Source: the human T2T-CHM13v2.0 reference genome, Homo sapiens. Taken from it: a stretch of 64,000 nt of DNA. Location of the stretch: the NCBI RefSeq assembly GCF_009914755.1, contig NC_060928.1; one strand, written 5' to 3'. A program made the position numbers and the translations under genes. Positions 42,185 through 56,375 of this stretch are shown one piece after another. The notes beneath the pieces were generated by a model. That model did no database searches and had not been told where the DNA came from. It saw nothing but the letters and a program-made list of their open reading frames with translations. The first letter of the stretch is position 1, and the number at the start of each line of letters is the position of its first letter.

Positions 42185-43922
42185 ATCTAGCTGATCTTAG
42201 TCCATCATACAAACATCCAGAAGCAGTTTCAGATGATAAAAGTCATGCTGGGAGATCTGTGCTCACAGATGGCTTGTGATGCTTTCCTCCATCTGCAGAT
42301 CAGAAGTATACCTTAAGTTGTTACACCAGAAGTAAGTTCTTCTCTATGACTAACATACATTTAGGTATATTTGTTAGAGACAGGGACTGGATTCTTATTG
42401 GACCAGGAGCATTATTCTCTTAATGAGATGAATTTTATCAACACTGGAAACTAAAATACTTTCATAGTATGTGTCTGCCAGTAAAAAAAAATTTACTCTT
42501 TCTTTTTGATCCTATTGTATAAATTTTATGAAACAAACATATGCACGTTCTTTTTTTCTCATCATCTAAGTCCAAATAATCACAAACAGAACTTTGTACC
42601 AATTGATCAGGTTTTCTTAGAATTCTCATAGCAATTAGCTGACTCTCACTTACCACATATGCCCATATCAATTTGGTGTTCAGTTTTGAGCAACTCAAAC
42701 TTTAATATTAAGCCTAACTTTAATTCTTTGGCCACAGAAGACAACTGATATTTTCAGTAAAAATATAAAATAGCTTAGTGAAAATAGCCTGGTCTATTAT
42801 ATCCACTTTATTCTCAACCAACATTTCACAGGAGCATTCATTCTCATCAGATTTTTATATTTCTATATTCAATAAGGAAAAGAACAAATAAGCCAAGTAC
42901 TTACAATAATTGGGACTATAAACAGAAATAAAAACGTTTGCCTGCTTTCTTATCATAAGCACTGAATAAAATGATATAAATATTTTATTCTTTAATATGT
43001 TTCAGTGCTGTAATGTTTATCAAAGTCATTTCAATGCCATGACAATTCTGAAATTATTCTTTTGTAACAGTGTTTGGGGTTTATCTATAAAATAACTCGT
43101 TGACTATGTTATCAAAAAACAAATGTGAATGGTTTGTTATTGTCCATTTTTTTCTTCCATAACTTTTCTTTACTCAATTAGTCAATACTGTGTGCTACAT
43201 TAACAGGCTATAGCTTAAAACTGGTATTGCTGATTGGAATCCATCCTTAGAAAGTAATTTCATAATAGTTTAGTGTTTAGAACAAAAAATATTTTCAGAA
43301 CTTTAAAATTTTTAGCATTCTTCTCTTATTTGCTTGATAACCTTGTAATTTCTCTATTGATTCTTCGAAACTTAAATTTTCACATAGCTTTGGAGGACTG
43401 TATTACCAGAAAATACTTTATGTATTTCATGTACACGTCTTAAAAAAAAAACTATTCCTCGAGGACATAAACTATTTCTTTGTATTCTATATGGAGTCTT
43501 ACGAACAGTAGGTGTTCAATTACTATTTGTTGATAAATCATAAATACATGATTCATATATTTATGTATGTAATAGTTTTAAGATCCTAGCATTTGATTTT
43601 ATATGCCTCTAAGATCCAGTGGCAGAAAAAGAGAATTTCCAGTAATGATATTAAAAAGTTATATACTATAGATAAGTTAATTCCACCCATGGTTTCTAAA
43701 TACTCTTGTAGATTAATATTAGCTTTTGAGTATGATATATGATATTCAGTAGATAAACTGAAATATCAAATGTGTTTAAGATCTAACTTGACATATATTG
43801 AGCTTATTTATCTGATTTTATTTAGAGTTTATTTTAAGGAAATATAATCATTTCAAAATCTGGAAAGTGCACAGGAAAAAAATAGCTCTGCCTATGTTTT
43901 TGGCAATTGGAAATAAAATACA

Positions 43923-44208
43923 GGCTGGGTGCGGTGGCTCAAGCCTGTAATCCCAGCACTTTGGGAGGCCGAGCCAGGCGGATCACAAGGTCAGGAGATG
44001 AACATCCTGGGTAACACGGTTAAACCCCGTCTCTACTAAAAATACAAAAAAAAATTAGCTGGGCATGGTGGCCGGCGCCTGTAGTCCCAGCTCCTAGGGT
44101 GAGGCAGGAGAATTGCTTGAACCTGGGAGACGGAGGTTGCAGTGAGCTGAGATCACGTCACTGAACTCCAGCCTGAGCGACAGAGCGAGACTCCATCTCC
44201 AAAAAAAG
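43923..44208 (+). mobile_element. AluSc/Y-like
   Basis: Full Alu with small deletions; TSD aaaataca. Confidence 0.93.
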
Positions 44209-47200
44209 AAAATACAAATCAACGATTTCCTCAAATTAATTTAATAATTGAAAAATATTGCCTGCAGTATTTCATACTTTTGCAAGATACAGTGACTTCC
44301 AATTTAAAGCTGTATTTCAGGAAGAAGAAAATATATTATTTTATTTTCTCTGAAAATAGTCTTTATTGCTATTGTGTTATATTCTCTGAAGATAGTATTT
44401 TCACTGCTAGTATATGACTCTGTGCTCATTTTCATATGTCAACTATCTCCTTCAACTGCCTTGGTGAAACTTTGGTATTTGGTCTAAAATATTGGCATTA
44501 AATTATTAATGTCTGAGATAACTACTTACAATGAACGGACTGAAATGGGTGTAGTTGGGCCCAACACGGTATCAGAGAGCCTGACACAGGCCCCAGTTAG
44601 AATCCTCTATTCATGTCATGGCTCTGCTTCTGATTCATCACTAGGCACAATGAAGAGCCAGACATTTGCTTATTGACTCCCACTTAAAACTTTAAGCCTT
44701 TCACAGTAGGTGGCTAAAGATTCACAAATTTAAATTATTTCTTACGGTACAATTTTATGTATGTGTTACATGTTTTAGAATTTAAGAAAAAGCAAGAGAC
44801 TCTAACGTTTACTGTACACTCTCCATTTATGAAATGCAAATTTAAAACATATATAGGGCTGATTTTTTAAGCCTGTATTCCAGTAAAGTTTATAGTCCCA
44901 GTCCTGTGGTGGGCTCATCTCTTTAGGCATTTCAGAAAACTTCTTTTGGAAGAAGTTTTTTAGTCTGTGGTATGTTTTATTGACTTACCAAGTAGTGCTG
45001 CACTTTAAATTTGGATTTCATCTGAGGAAAAAGATGGAACTCATCTGGACCAAGACACATGAATAATGTAAGTGATGGATCTGGGCTGTGCCATTTTTGG
45101 CCCCAAATAGTCTGTGACTTTAATAGTTCTAAGATTGATTTTTATTTTTGCACAACTCACATCTTTGCAAAAATATATGAGAGGTTTTCCAAAATCTTTG
45201 TGTAATGGAATAAATAGACCCTCTCCCAAGCTGTCCATTTTAAAGGACAATGCTCCTTTGAAGGAGTAAATTTAGACATATTTATAAAAAGATATTATTT
45301 AAAGTCACACTTTGCACTTTCACTTAGGAAGAATAAGGTGCTATCAAGATTGCACAGGAGCAGGATCTGGCTTTGTGGGTGTCAAGTGGCTTGTCTGAAG
45401 TCTCCAAGCATGGAGTGGCATCATGAAACTCATTATCAGTAGCTTTTTAAAAAACTTTTTGAAAAACACCTTTCCCTGTGATCTTCTGACTTGGTTCTTA
45501 CTCTTGTTAAATTAATTTTTACAGTATAATATGATGTTTTTAGCTTTGGAATGACTTGGGCTTAAACAGTTAACATAAGCTAATAATTCCTTGTTTTCTT
45601 TGCTTTTCTGGTAGGCAAGAGCTGGGCATTTAGCCAAGAAAGAAAACACTTATAATAAATCCAAAAACTGAATAAATACATCTTGTTTTTCTGATGGTGT
45701 CCTAAATTGGGGAGGCAAAGGTGACATTTTAAAATTGAGTCTAAATGTTTGTAGTAAACTCAACAAAAAGTGAGTTCCTCCTAGAGAGTCTGTGAAACCG
45801 CTATAAATGGACAACTGCAATTTTGGGGACTTTATTTCCATGGAAAATTAGAGATTCTCTCTAAACCTTTTTTAAATTATATATCTAAAGAAAGTACTTC
45901 TTTGTCTCTTGAGGCTAAGCCCATACTGACTTGAACATTGGAAGTTTTGAATCACATTTCTTTTTTAGTCTAATTTAAGATAGTTGTGGAATTTAACATT
46001 TCTCTTTTTTAATACAAGTGTCTTAATAATAATAATTGGGGCTCCATGTAATGCATACGGTATTCAAATCCTTAACTAATAAAATCATAATAAAGAAAGC
46101 ATAATTTTCAAATGTATTAATACATTTATTTAATATACACTTATGAAGTTTTTTTTGGTTTGGACACAATGTTGAAAGTTAGAGCTGTAACTACAAATCA
46201 AAAATGAACAGAGTTCCTACCCTGTGGATCTCATAGTTTATCAAAATCAAGACATTATTTGAGAGAATAATTATCTTATCATAAGCTATGCATCTCAGGT
46301 TTATCTAAACCATCACATAGAGATAAAGAAAATCAATGTTATTATCAGTATTACAGTCTTTGAAATAGACCTTAATAAAAAATAAAACATATATGTAAAT
46401 ATTAATTTTTAAGAATTTCATGATTGTGAATAGTACGATTGGATAACACCACAGATCTTTTTGATTGGAGCCAGTACTGTGGCTTAATTATAATTTCAAA
46501 AATTTATTTTATGCTCAGCACCTTTGTTCCTTTACACAAAACTAATAACAACGACTATATCACCTATTTGTTCGTCTGGTTTTCCCAATAGAAAAAGAGG
46601 AAACTCTATTTTTACAAAACTAAAGCAAGCATTTTGCCCTTAATTAAGACTTCTGTAATAATTGACTCTACTTATTTTTAATGTTGTGTATGAATAGATA
46701 CTACGTTTACTCTTTACTGATATGCTCTATAGTTCCAACGATGTATTTTTCTTAACCAGATCTCTTGTAAAATAAGAAGCCAGAAGCCTCTGAAGCAGAT
46801 TCAATTTTTAAATACAATAGTGATGCCAGGTTAAGGAAGGTATATGGTGAAAAAGACTTGACCATTTCAAATAATAAATTACTGCAAAATGTATTGAAGA
46901 AAGCCAGTTAGAAACCCATCTAATTTTGTATTTAATTTAACCAGTAAAAAATGTTTAATTAAGAATATATTTCTCTTTGTACTTCTAATTTTATTCAGTC
47001 ATAAAGAAAATTATAGTTCTTTTCACTTTTCTACATATTTTGTGTTATATCTGAAAATGATATGTTGTTTCTAGAACGCAGTAAAGATTTTTTGTAAAAA
47101 AATAAATCTTTTTTATCCTTCACCCTTAAATTAGGAATGAAAATTAATTTCAATATATTATATTAGATATATTAAAGTTTAGAAAATTAACAGTACATAT

Positions 47201-48899
47201 AACATTATATCATTTGTTAAATGAGAGTTTTGTTTAGTATTTACTAGAACCACATTTTAAATAGGATTTTTCAGTTTATAATACTCAATAATGTCATTGA
47301 TGCTTACAGTTTCTTCCTTGAGTGTAATTGAAAGCACTTTATTAATAATGTCAGCATGCCAAAAAAAAATCTATAATGAAGGTACAGAATAGAAACTATT
47401 AGAGACTATAGACTTGACAATCAGTATGGTACATCCAAACTTATTTGGCTTTATATTTCTAGTTAGAGGTAGTATGATGTTGATGATAAATATAAAAGAT
47501 ACGGTGTACTACTAGGTCTTTTAAGTGAAAATACAATTTTCTCAACTCTTGAATGGCAGTCTAATTGACTGATAAATTTGACATATGTTGATAGTGAATC
47601 ACAAGCTAAAGATAAATGAATTTTATATTATGAATAGAAAACAAATATGCTATTCTAGGAAACAAATGGTAATTCCACATATGGCATTGTAGAAATAAAT
47701 AGAAATGAGGTTCTTTTCCCTGAAAAATGTTATCAATGATAAAAATAGATATGCTCTATCTCAAAATAATACAGCTATTCATTGTGGTAACTGTTTTCGT
47801 TACAACAAACAAAACAAACCCATATAAATAATGAGCAGTCATTTAAAATGTATGCCTTCTTTTTCCTTAAATAAGTGACTATGGAATATTCAAAGGCATT
47901 TTAATAGTGATTTTGTAAATATAATTAACCTGTTGATCTGTTGATAACTGCCAAAGCCCCCCATCAAATCTTCACTTTAGTTTTCATTGATACATGTAAT
48001 TAATAAATGTATCTACCAAGTTTTATATAACTTCTTCTGTCAACACATTTCTAGGGTGACAACTTCCTATAATAGTCATTGAATTAATAATTATGTCTGA
48101 TTAAAAATGATTTGGACATGCATTCTGATTTTCACAATCTACCTGGAAAGATATATTAGGATAAAAAGAAAACCATCACAAGAAAAGTAAGATATTAGAA
48201 GACTTAAAGGGGAGAAAGTATTATAATAGATTACTAATAAAAATTACCATTACAGATGTAGTATTTGCTTTGGGAAAAATGAACAAAGTAGGCAGTTGAA
48301 ATATGAAATTAGAAATAAGGCTTTGAGACTTGTCTTCCTTAAAGTTCCAAAATCTACAGTGTAAATAAAGGACCTGATCTGGTATAAGTGACTCCGAAGT
48401 CCATGCTCTTAAGGGAAAAAAAGACAAATATATAGAACATATAATAATAAACAGGGCAAAAGCAGATGTGGAATATACTACTTGTGTCTGACATTCTGAT
48501 TTTAACTCATACCTTAATCGGTATTGTCTTTTCAAGCTTGAATCTCATTTGCCACTAACTGCATGTTTATTACAGGAAAAATATGACAGTCTGCAATTGA
48601 ATTGTTTCTTGAAGAGTGACATAATTGTCCTCAGATTAGGTGGCATCAATTAATCTTGTAGTATAGATGAATAAGAATTCAGCATTCATTTCAATAATGC
48701 TATTAATTTCACCCTCAATGATTCATTCCTAGCACATCTTTGTTGGTGTTTGTCTTTCCCTTTCCACATCTCAGGTAAAACATTGTACCAACAATATTGG
48801 AAAGGTTGCCATGCCTGTGTTTGTAAGCAAGAGAAAACATGCTCCCTTTTGAGGTAAAGCCACATGAAGATATCTAAGGAGCACTTCATCCTGGAGCAC

Positions 48900-49190
48900 A
48901 GAGTGAATAGTGGTTAAGTAACTGGGCTTTGTACTCAGGGTTCAAGTCTTGGTCAGTACCTACCAGAAGAATATCTTTGATAAGCTGTTTAACCATTACA
49001 TATGATAGCTAACGTTTATTGAGTTCCTGCTATATACTAACCACTCCAATAAGTATTTCACTCTGATTTTCTCAAATCTGTATGACTCTTTAAAGTAGCT
49101 ATTGAGTCCTCTGTTTTACAGTGAAAGCAACTGATGATAATCAAAGTTTAAAGTAGGTCTAACTCCAAATTACTTACTGTTAATTGCTAG
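48900..49190. mobile_element. Two adjacent MIR fragments in opposite orientation
   Basis: tagtggttaag...gggttcaagtcttgg (+), then atagctaacgtttattgag...ctgttttacagtgaaagcaactga (-). Confidence 0.6.
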
Positions 49191-49683
49191 ACTAAACTAC
49201 CGGTCTTTCTCTCAAATTATTGTAAATTTGTTCTTTGACACTTCACATTTACTTTCATTCCTTTTCATTCCTCTCATTCTTATAAGAACCTGGCTCTATG
49301 GAATATCCCTCACCACTCTTCTAACCTCATAATCTTCTTTTGGTTTCTCATCAACATCTAGGAGACAAGTTTTTCCTCCCTCAGAAGTCTCCTTTCATTC
49401 TTTCATTCTCAAACACATTGTCACTACATAGATTTCATCAAAACTGGTTTCCTTCTCAATCCACAGTTGAATACAATTTGGTATCTGACCCACCACTCCA
49501 AGAAAATAAGCAGATTTTGCAAACTTCAATAACTTTTTTACTAAACCATATAAACTCTATCCTATGTGACTATTCTTGACAGTATTTCACATTCTCTACC
49601 ACAGTCTTCTCAAAACATACAAAATAGTGGTTAATGGATGAGCACTAAATTAATTTACATGTATTTAAATCCCAATTCCATCT

Positions 49684-49977
49684 TTTTTTTTTTTTTCCAG
49701 ACGGAGTTTCGCTCTGTTGCCCAGGCTAGAGTGCAGCGGTGCTATCTCGGCTCACTGCAAACTCCGCCTACAGTTCAAGTGATTCTCCTGCCTCAGCCTC
49801 CTGAGTAGCTGGGACTACAGGTGAGCACCACCATGCCCGGCTAATTTTTGTATTTTTAGTAGAGACAGGGTTTCACCATGTTGGCCAGGCTGGTCTTGAA
49901 CTCGTGACCTCAGATGATCCACCTGCCTTGGCCTCCCAAAGTGCTGGGATTACAGGTGTCAGCCACTGCGCCTGGCC
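49684..49977 (-). mobile_element. AluSx inserted in a MIR
   Basis: 13-bp TSD CCCAATTCCATCT at 49671-49683 and 49978-49990. Confidence 0.95.
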
Positions 49978-50120
49978 CCCAATTCCATCTCTTAATTGTG
50001 AAACTCTGGGCAATGTTTTAAATTCTTTCTTTTGAAAATTCATACAGATCTATGTAGGGGGAAACAAAACACACACACATAAAAATATGTTTTCAAGCAG
50101 GGAATTAAAAATAAGGAGCA

Positions 50121-50252
50121 GGCCTGGTACGGTGGTTTACACCTGTAATCCTAGCACTTTGGAATGCCAAGGTAGGAGGATTGCTTGAGGCCAAGAATTC
50201 AAGACCAACCTGGCCAACATAGTGAGACCCTGTCTCTAATAAATAAAAAAAT
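50121..50252 (+). mobile_element. FLAM_C-like monomer
   Basis: Left monomer only; TSD aaaaataag(g/c)agca. Confidence 0.88.
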
Positions 50253-50339
50253 AAAAATAAGCAGCAATGGAAATTAGCTGGTGCCTACTTCATATTGGGT
50301 TAGTGTATGTGGCAGGAGGGCAGGGCAGTTGTTTGGGCT

Positions 50340-50640
50340 GATACACGAAGAGGAGCTGGTCACATGGAAAGTGCTGGGAAGATAATCCCAGGACAGTAAA
50401 AGGGAACAAGCTTGGTATTATTGAGGAATTGAAAAAAAGCCTGTGTATCTGGAGAAGATTGAACAGATAGGAGAGTGGTATAACATGGTCAGAGAGGTAC
50501 ACAGATGCTAGAAGATGTAGGGCTTTGAAAATAAAGAGTCTGTATTTTACTCTAAATGCAATAGAAAGTCATCTAGGAGTTTTAAACTAGACATGATAGA
50601 GCCTTACTTATACTTTTAAATGCTTACACCTGATATGTAT
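50340..50640 (-). mobile_element. L2 fragment
   Basis: ttgaggaattgaaaaaaagcctgtgtatctggag...tattttactctaaatgcaatagaaagtcat. Confidence 0.7.
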
Positions 50641-51174
50641 GTAACATAACAGGAGTTAATTAGGGAGACTAAATCGAAAGCTGGATTTCATTTAACTATA
50701 AATCTGAAATACTTGAGAAAGAACAAGACTGGCTATACAGACTTTGCTTTTATATCAAGAGAAAGACAAAGAGACAAATAAAAACTGAGCTCAATTATAG
50801 ATAAGCAGCTAAAGCATTCAATTCTGCTATTCAATTCTGGTGAGTTCTGCTCTATCATCTATTTGCACATATGGATTAAGATTGGAAGATTGTACCTAGT
50901 CCTCCTGCCCCAATGTTGGTGGGAATCTTCACCCCACTCATAAACAAAAAATTTAGGGAATTTTTATGAACAATTCAAGGGATTTCCCTTATATGTGCTT
51001 TATGATTGCTATAACGATCAATGTGTAAGTACCTGGTACAATATTTGGAACATAGCAGCTGCTTTTGGTATAGACATAAACATAGTCATAGGCATATAAA
51101 TAGAGAATGCCCAAGATTTTACTGAATTCTTTTTGTATTTGTTGCATCTTTATTCTTTCATAATACAGGTTAGT

Positions 51175-51240
51175 TTGTTGTTGTTGTTGTGGTGGTGGTG
51201 GTGGTGGTGGTGGTGGTGGTGGTGGTGGTGGTGGTGGTGG
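51175..51240. repeat. (TTG)5(TGG)17 trinucleotide microsatellite (converted Alu tail)
   Basis: Read directly; produces the poly-W and poly-P ORF artefacts. Confidence 0.95.
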
Positions 51241-51401
51241 TTTTTGAGACAGCCCAGGCTGGAGTGCAGTGGCACGATCTTGCTCACTGAAACCGCCGCC
51301 TCCTGGGTTCAAGCAATTCTTTTACGTCATTCTCCCGAGTAGCTGGGACTACAGGTGCCTGCCACCACGCCTGGCTAATTTTTGTATTTTTATTTATTTG
51401 T

Positions 51402-51440
<39 letters not shown>

Positions 51441-51571
51441 TTTGTATTTTTAGTAGAGATGAGGTTTTACCGTGTTGGCCAGGCTGGTCTCAAACTGCTG
51501 ACCGCCCATGATCTGCCTGTCTCTGCCTCCCAAAGTGCGGAGATTACAGGCATGAGCCACTGCACCCAGCC
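51175..51571 (-). mobile_element. AluS with expanded (TTTA)n linker
   Basis: Antisense Alu; TTTA array at about 51389-51441. Confidence 0.93.
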
Positions 51572-52049
51572 ACAAGTTAAGTTTTAAATCTCAAATTTAA
51601 TGTGAACTGAGAATGTGATGATAATATCTTCAATTTTATATTGATTTATAGTGTTCATTTCTCAAAAAAAACAATCTCAAATAATACAGAGAAACCTACT
51701 ATTTGTGCATTAGTCCCATTTCACAGGTAACTAATCAGATCAATCAAGGCCTTGGAAAGATACAAATAGATATAGTATCATGGCTTTTCTTGGAAGAGGA
51801 GGATAAAATATAATATTTAGCTTCTAAAATATGAACAAACTCACACAGAAGCTTAGCTCCAATCCCAGACTGCACAAGTTCTGTCATATATTTGATTGAC
51901 TCACGTTTGTAAGATTACAAGCATTTACCAAGGAAAAAAAAACCTTTGAAGTATTACAAATAGGTAGATCAGTAGGTCATCCTAAGCAATGTAGAAATCT
52001 CAGCTGCCATAAGCAAAATGAAAGGTATATGGCATTACACATAAATTGT

Positions 52050-52980
52050 TTAGTTGTATGGCAAAAGATACCAATAACAAGTATATAGAAAAATGTTACC
52101 TTGATAAATATTTGTGACACAAGTGGCAGGCATGGGATTAATATGCTCACTACACAAATAACAAATATAAACAAATTGAAAGATAAACAATCAATAACAG
52201 TGGTCAAAGTACATAGCATTTCACAGAAGGAGAGCCCAGATGGTTAATAATGTATAAAGAGAGGCTTAATCTTCATCATCAGAGTCAGAGAAATGCAAAT
52301 TAAATAAATATTTGGAAAAGGAATAGGCGCTAGTGATAGGTAGAATTCACGTATTGATAGTTAGAGTAGAAATTTGGGAGATCTTCGGAAATATTCTGGG
52401 AATTGGCATTTAAAAAAATTACAATAGCTGCTAAAATTTAAGATACCATAATCTTTGACTTGGAAATTCTTTACTGTGAAATAGCCTTAAGGTAATAAAA
52501 TATTCAGTCTATAAGAACTTATGTGCAGGAATTTTTAATGCAAGAGATTTATGTGCAAGGAATTTTATTATATTTGCGTATAGCAGAAAATAAAACAATA
52601 ATAAGGGTATTGTTTAATAATTATATCAAATAAGTACTATTGAAATATTAGAAGATATTTAAATTAATGAAGTAGATGTATAGTCATTTATTGAAAAACA
52701 GAGCCATTATAATTTTATACTAAGCAAATCATTATATAAATTATAAATACATATGTGTGTGTAACAGCTTAACAGCCTCTTTCATAGAAAGATAACCATA
52801 AACCTTCACAGATGTGTGCATGTTTTATGTATATTCATATGATAATTCATAAAAGTATAGAAAAATACATGTCAGTGCTGTTATTATTGGTTAATTCAGT
52901 AAGGTGGAAAAAGATTAAATATATTTGCCTTACACTTTTGACTGATTTGTTAGCTTAAATAAGCATGTACTACTTTCATA
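52050..52980 (+). mobile_element. Ancient L1ME 3' ORF2/3'UTR remnant
   Basis: catttcacagaaggag...tcagagaaatgcaaattaaa...cataatctttgacttggaaattc; boundaries approximate. Confidence 0.65.
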
Positions 52981-54083
52981 ATTTATATAGATAATACATT
53001 TCTAAAAGAAATATAAATTATTTTTATAGAATAAATGTAATGATGTCCCTCCATTTTCAGAAGAAAATATTTTATTACTTTCTGTCTTCTCTAACTGTAG
53101 CCTCGTTTCCAAACTTGCCCTTTTACAATCACTTTGATCATCAGTTGTTTATTTGTAAATTTCTGTGATCCATGGAATCTCAATTCGAATTCAAGGTTAA
53201 AACATCTCAAGTGTATAGTTTATGCCCTGCAGAGCCCTAAAATGGCTTAGGATATGTAGCCCTTTGGTGGATGAGACAAACACAAGAGCATTTTCTTTTA
53301 AAGGAACAAGATTTCGTCACCTCAGTAAAAAAAGGTTTTTTATTTCAAGTTTCTCTGCTTTCTCTGAATATTACAAAGCACTGCCACATAATCAAATAAT
53401 CAAACAGTGCTTATTTACCGTCGTAATATACCAGTGCTCAACAAGCTAAGGTACAAAAGAAATTAAGCAGCCATTATCACTTTATCCCTGCTGCTTGGAA
53501 ACTAATAAAAGCACATTAATAATAAACTGTAGTCAAATCTAAAGGGCTGTGTAACAAGCTAAAGCAATAGGAAAAGTAAACATTGTACAATTAAATACAC
53601 ACCTCCACAAAATTCTCATCACTAGGACTGTCTGGCCACAGAAAGAGCCAAACATGTTTGTAGAAAAGAGAATAAATGAGGCCAAAATATATGTGTAAAA
53701 AAAAGACATGTAGATTGTATCAGGACACATAAAGATCTCATATTAATCTTACGTAAGGAAATAGGGTGAATATGTCAATTCTTTAGCAAAACAAAACAAA
53801 ATTAACTTACAAAAATATCCCACGATGAAAACACACAAATACCACATTCACATTCTCTGCAGGACAGTCAAGCAAACAGAGTTGACCACTGCCTAAAAAT
53901 GTTCCAGGTACACTAGATTTTATAATGTGTTTACTGACAGTGGAAAGGATATTAACAATAGGTAAAACTCATTCACTTGGAATTTAAAGTACATAAAGCA
54001 TGTTAAGTTTGAGGAGTAAGGCAGGATGTCAAGAACCCCCATCACATAGGTGTTATATGAAAAGATCTGAGACAAAACCCACT

Positions 54084-54565
54084 TGCTGACAGCCAATTCT
54101 CCATGGGTCTCATATTTCTTTACATTTTCTGAGACAGAGTACTGACTGCCTTTGTTCAAAACTGTCATTTTAAGAGTGTTTGTATAGCAAAAAACCCTGG
54201 AAATTAAAGGTAGTGTCTTCCTCTAGATCAAAGAGCAGGCATGCTTATTGTCTAGTATAAGATAATGACTTCCTTTGACAAAAGGATAGGCATGCCTGTT
54301 CTCCCTTGTAAAAATTCTGGGTTCCCTAAGGTTAGGGTTCCTCTCTGTAATGCAGCCACCTGGGTTCATTTACATGTCTCTGTGGGACTTTGGACCAGTG
54401 AAATGTGCAAATATGCTGCTCTGCTGCTTACTGTGCCAGGAGAAGTAAAGTCCTTTATCTCTGACCCAGAATTCTCATCTCTTCCCCCGACCTATGAAAT
54501 TGTGCTATGCTAACTTGTTAGCTTACAAATAGTGTAAAACCTCAGACGTTTCATAGTTCTTTACA
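54084..54565 (+). mobile_element. LTR40 (ERVL) solo LTR
   Basis: caattctccatgggtctc...actgactgcctttgttc...aaagtcctttatctctgacccag...gctaacttgttagctt...tagttctttaca. Confidence 0.85.
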
Positions 54566-54718
54566 ATATTCATTAGAAGGATGAAATTACAGAGAATGCT
54601 TTTGGGAAAAAGGAAGATGAGGGCCTTTCGGGCCAAATAAGGGGATTCAATAGAATTCAGGGGATTGATAGCAAATATATGATATTCTACAAAAGTATTC
54701 ATCTACAATGGGTTATAA

Positions 54719-55211
<493 letters not shown>

Positions 55212-55618
55212 CCCACTGATTTTTAAAAGCACTGCTCTAGAAAATTATTCTAAATCTGAAAATTTATGTAGATTGTTGTAACAAAAAGATGCTCTTAGTT
55301 TGAGAAACTTAACACTATTGTACTGTTCTGGTTAATAAATGTTCTGATATACATAATGTATGTGGTTTATAATTGTGTTTGCTTAAAATGTTTTGACTGT
55401 ACAAAGTGCTAGATCTGCAAATTTCAGCTCTAGGCTTTTCATTATTTCTCATTAACAAGATTGACTCAGATACCCTCTCCGACAAAATTTGACTTATCAT
55501 TTTAATATTTGCTAACAAAGTCATTCAATCTCTTTGCATTTCCTTTTATATGTATATTATTTGTAGCAAAGTCATATTATGTGTATAATTCTATGATCTT
55601 TATTCCCCCTCTCTATAG

Positions 55619-55726
55619 GAAGAACCCAAATCAAGAGATTTACTTCAAGTTTGAAATAATTTTAAGTCAATGATGAAGAAATTCTGATTTACTTAAGTAA
55701 CCAAAATATATTGAAAACTTGTTAAG
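55619..55726 (+). other. Candidate non-coding exon
   Basis: Acceptor tctttattccccctctctatag and donor AAG|gtaagc; stop codons in all three frames. Confidence 0.3.
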
Positions 55727-56249
55727 GTAAGCAATATTACTATAATTTTGCAGACCTTTTGAGACTTTATTGATGAAAGGCTGAAAAATATCTTAAATGA
55801 GACATTTTAGTTCTTACAGTGTCAAAGGCCACATTTTTAAAGTCTCAGGAAATTCTCTGAAAAAAAGTAAAAGAGATGATTGAGAAGAATAACGAACATA
55901 TTCATGTGCTAAGTTTCATACTGAGTCTTTTCAAATTCTGTGGCTTACTTGAGCTTTCTTATTTTTTAAAGTATTCTTTGGTTAACACTCATTAACCATA
56001 CCCTGCTGATAGCAAGAAATAAATTTAATAGGCAGCTGGGCGAGAGGGAATGTAGCAGAGCTAAAATTGCCCTAGACTAGTGATGCAAAGATTTATCTTT
56101 CTCCAAATCCACTGCTTATGAAATACATGTTACCAAATAAGATGTATATTAAAAAACTCTTTAAGTACTTTTGCATGTATTATTGAATACCAAAGGTGCA
56201 CTCCAATAAGTATTGACCAGCTAACAAAATAGTTAAAAGCAATATAAAT

Positions 56250-56375
56250 ATATGCATGTGTATGTGCAAGAGAGAGAGAAAAAATATGTACATATGATAA
56301 TATGTGTATATATAACTATACATCTACCTATACATACACTACATACACATACACACATATAAAACACACATACAT
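56250..56375. repeat. Low-complexity TA/CA tract
   Basis: Read directly. Confidence 0.7.

Noticed and set aside
44554-44565. 12-bp palindrome gttgggcccaac
   Set aside because: Several are expected by chance in 64 kb
50989-51511. Poly-Pro/Gln and poly-Trp ORFs
   Set aside because: Translation of the TGG/TTG microsatellite and Alu
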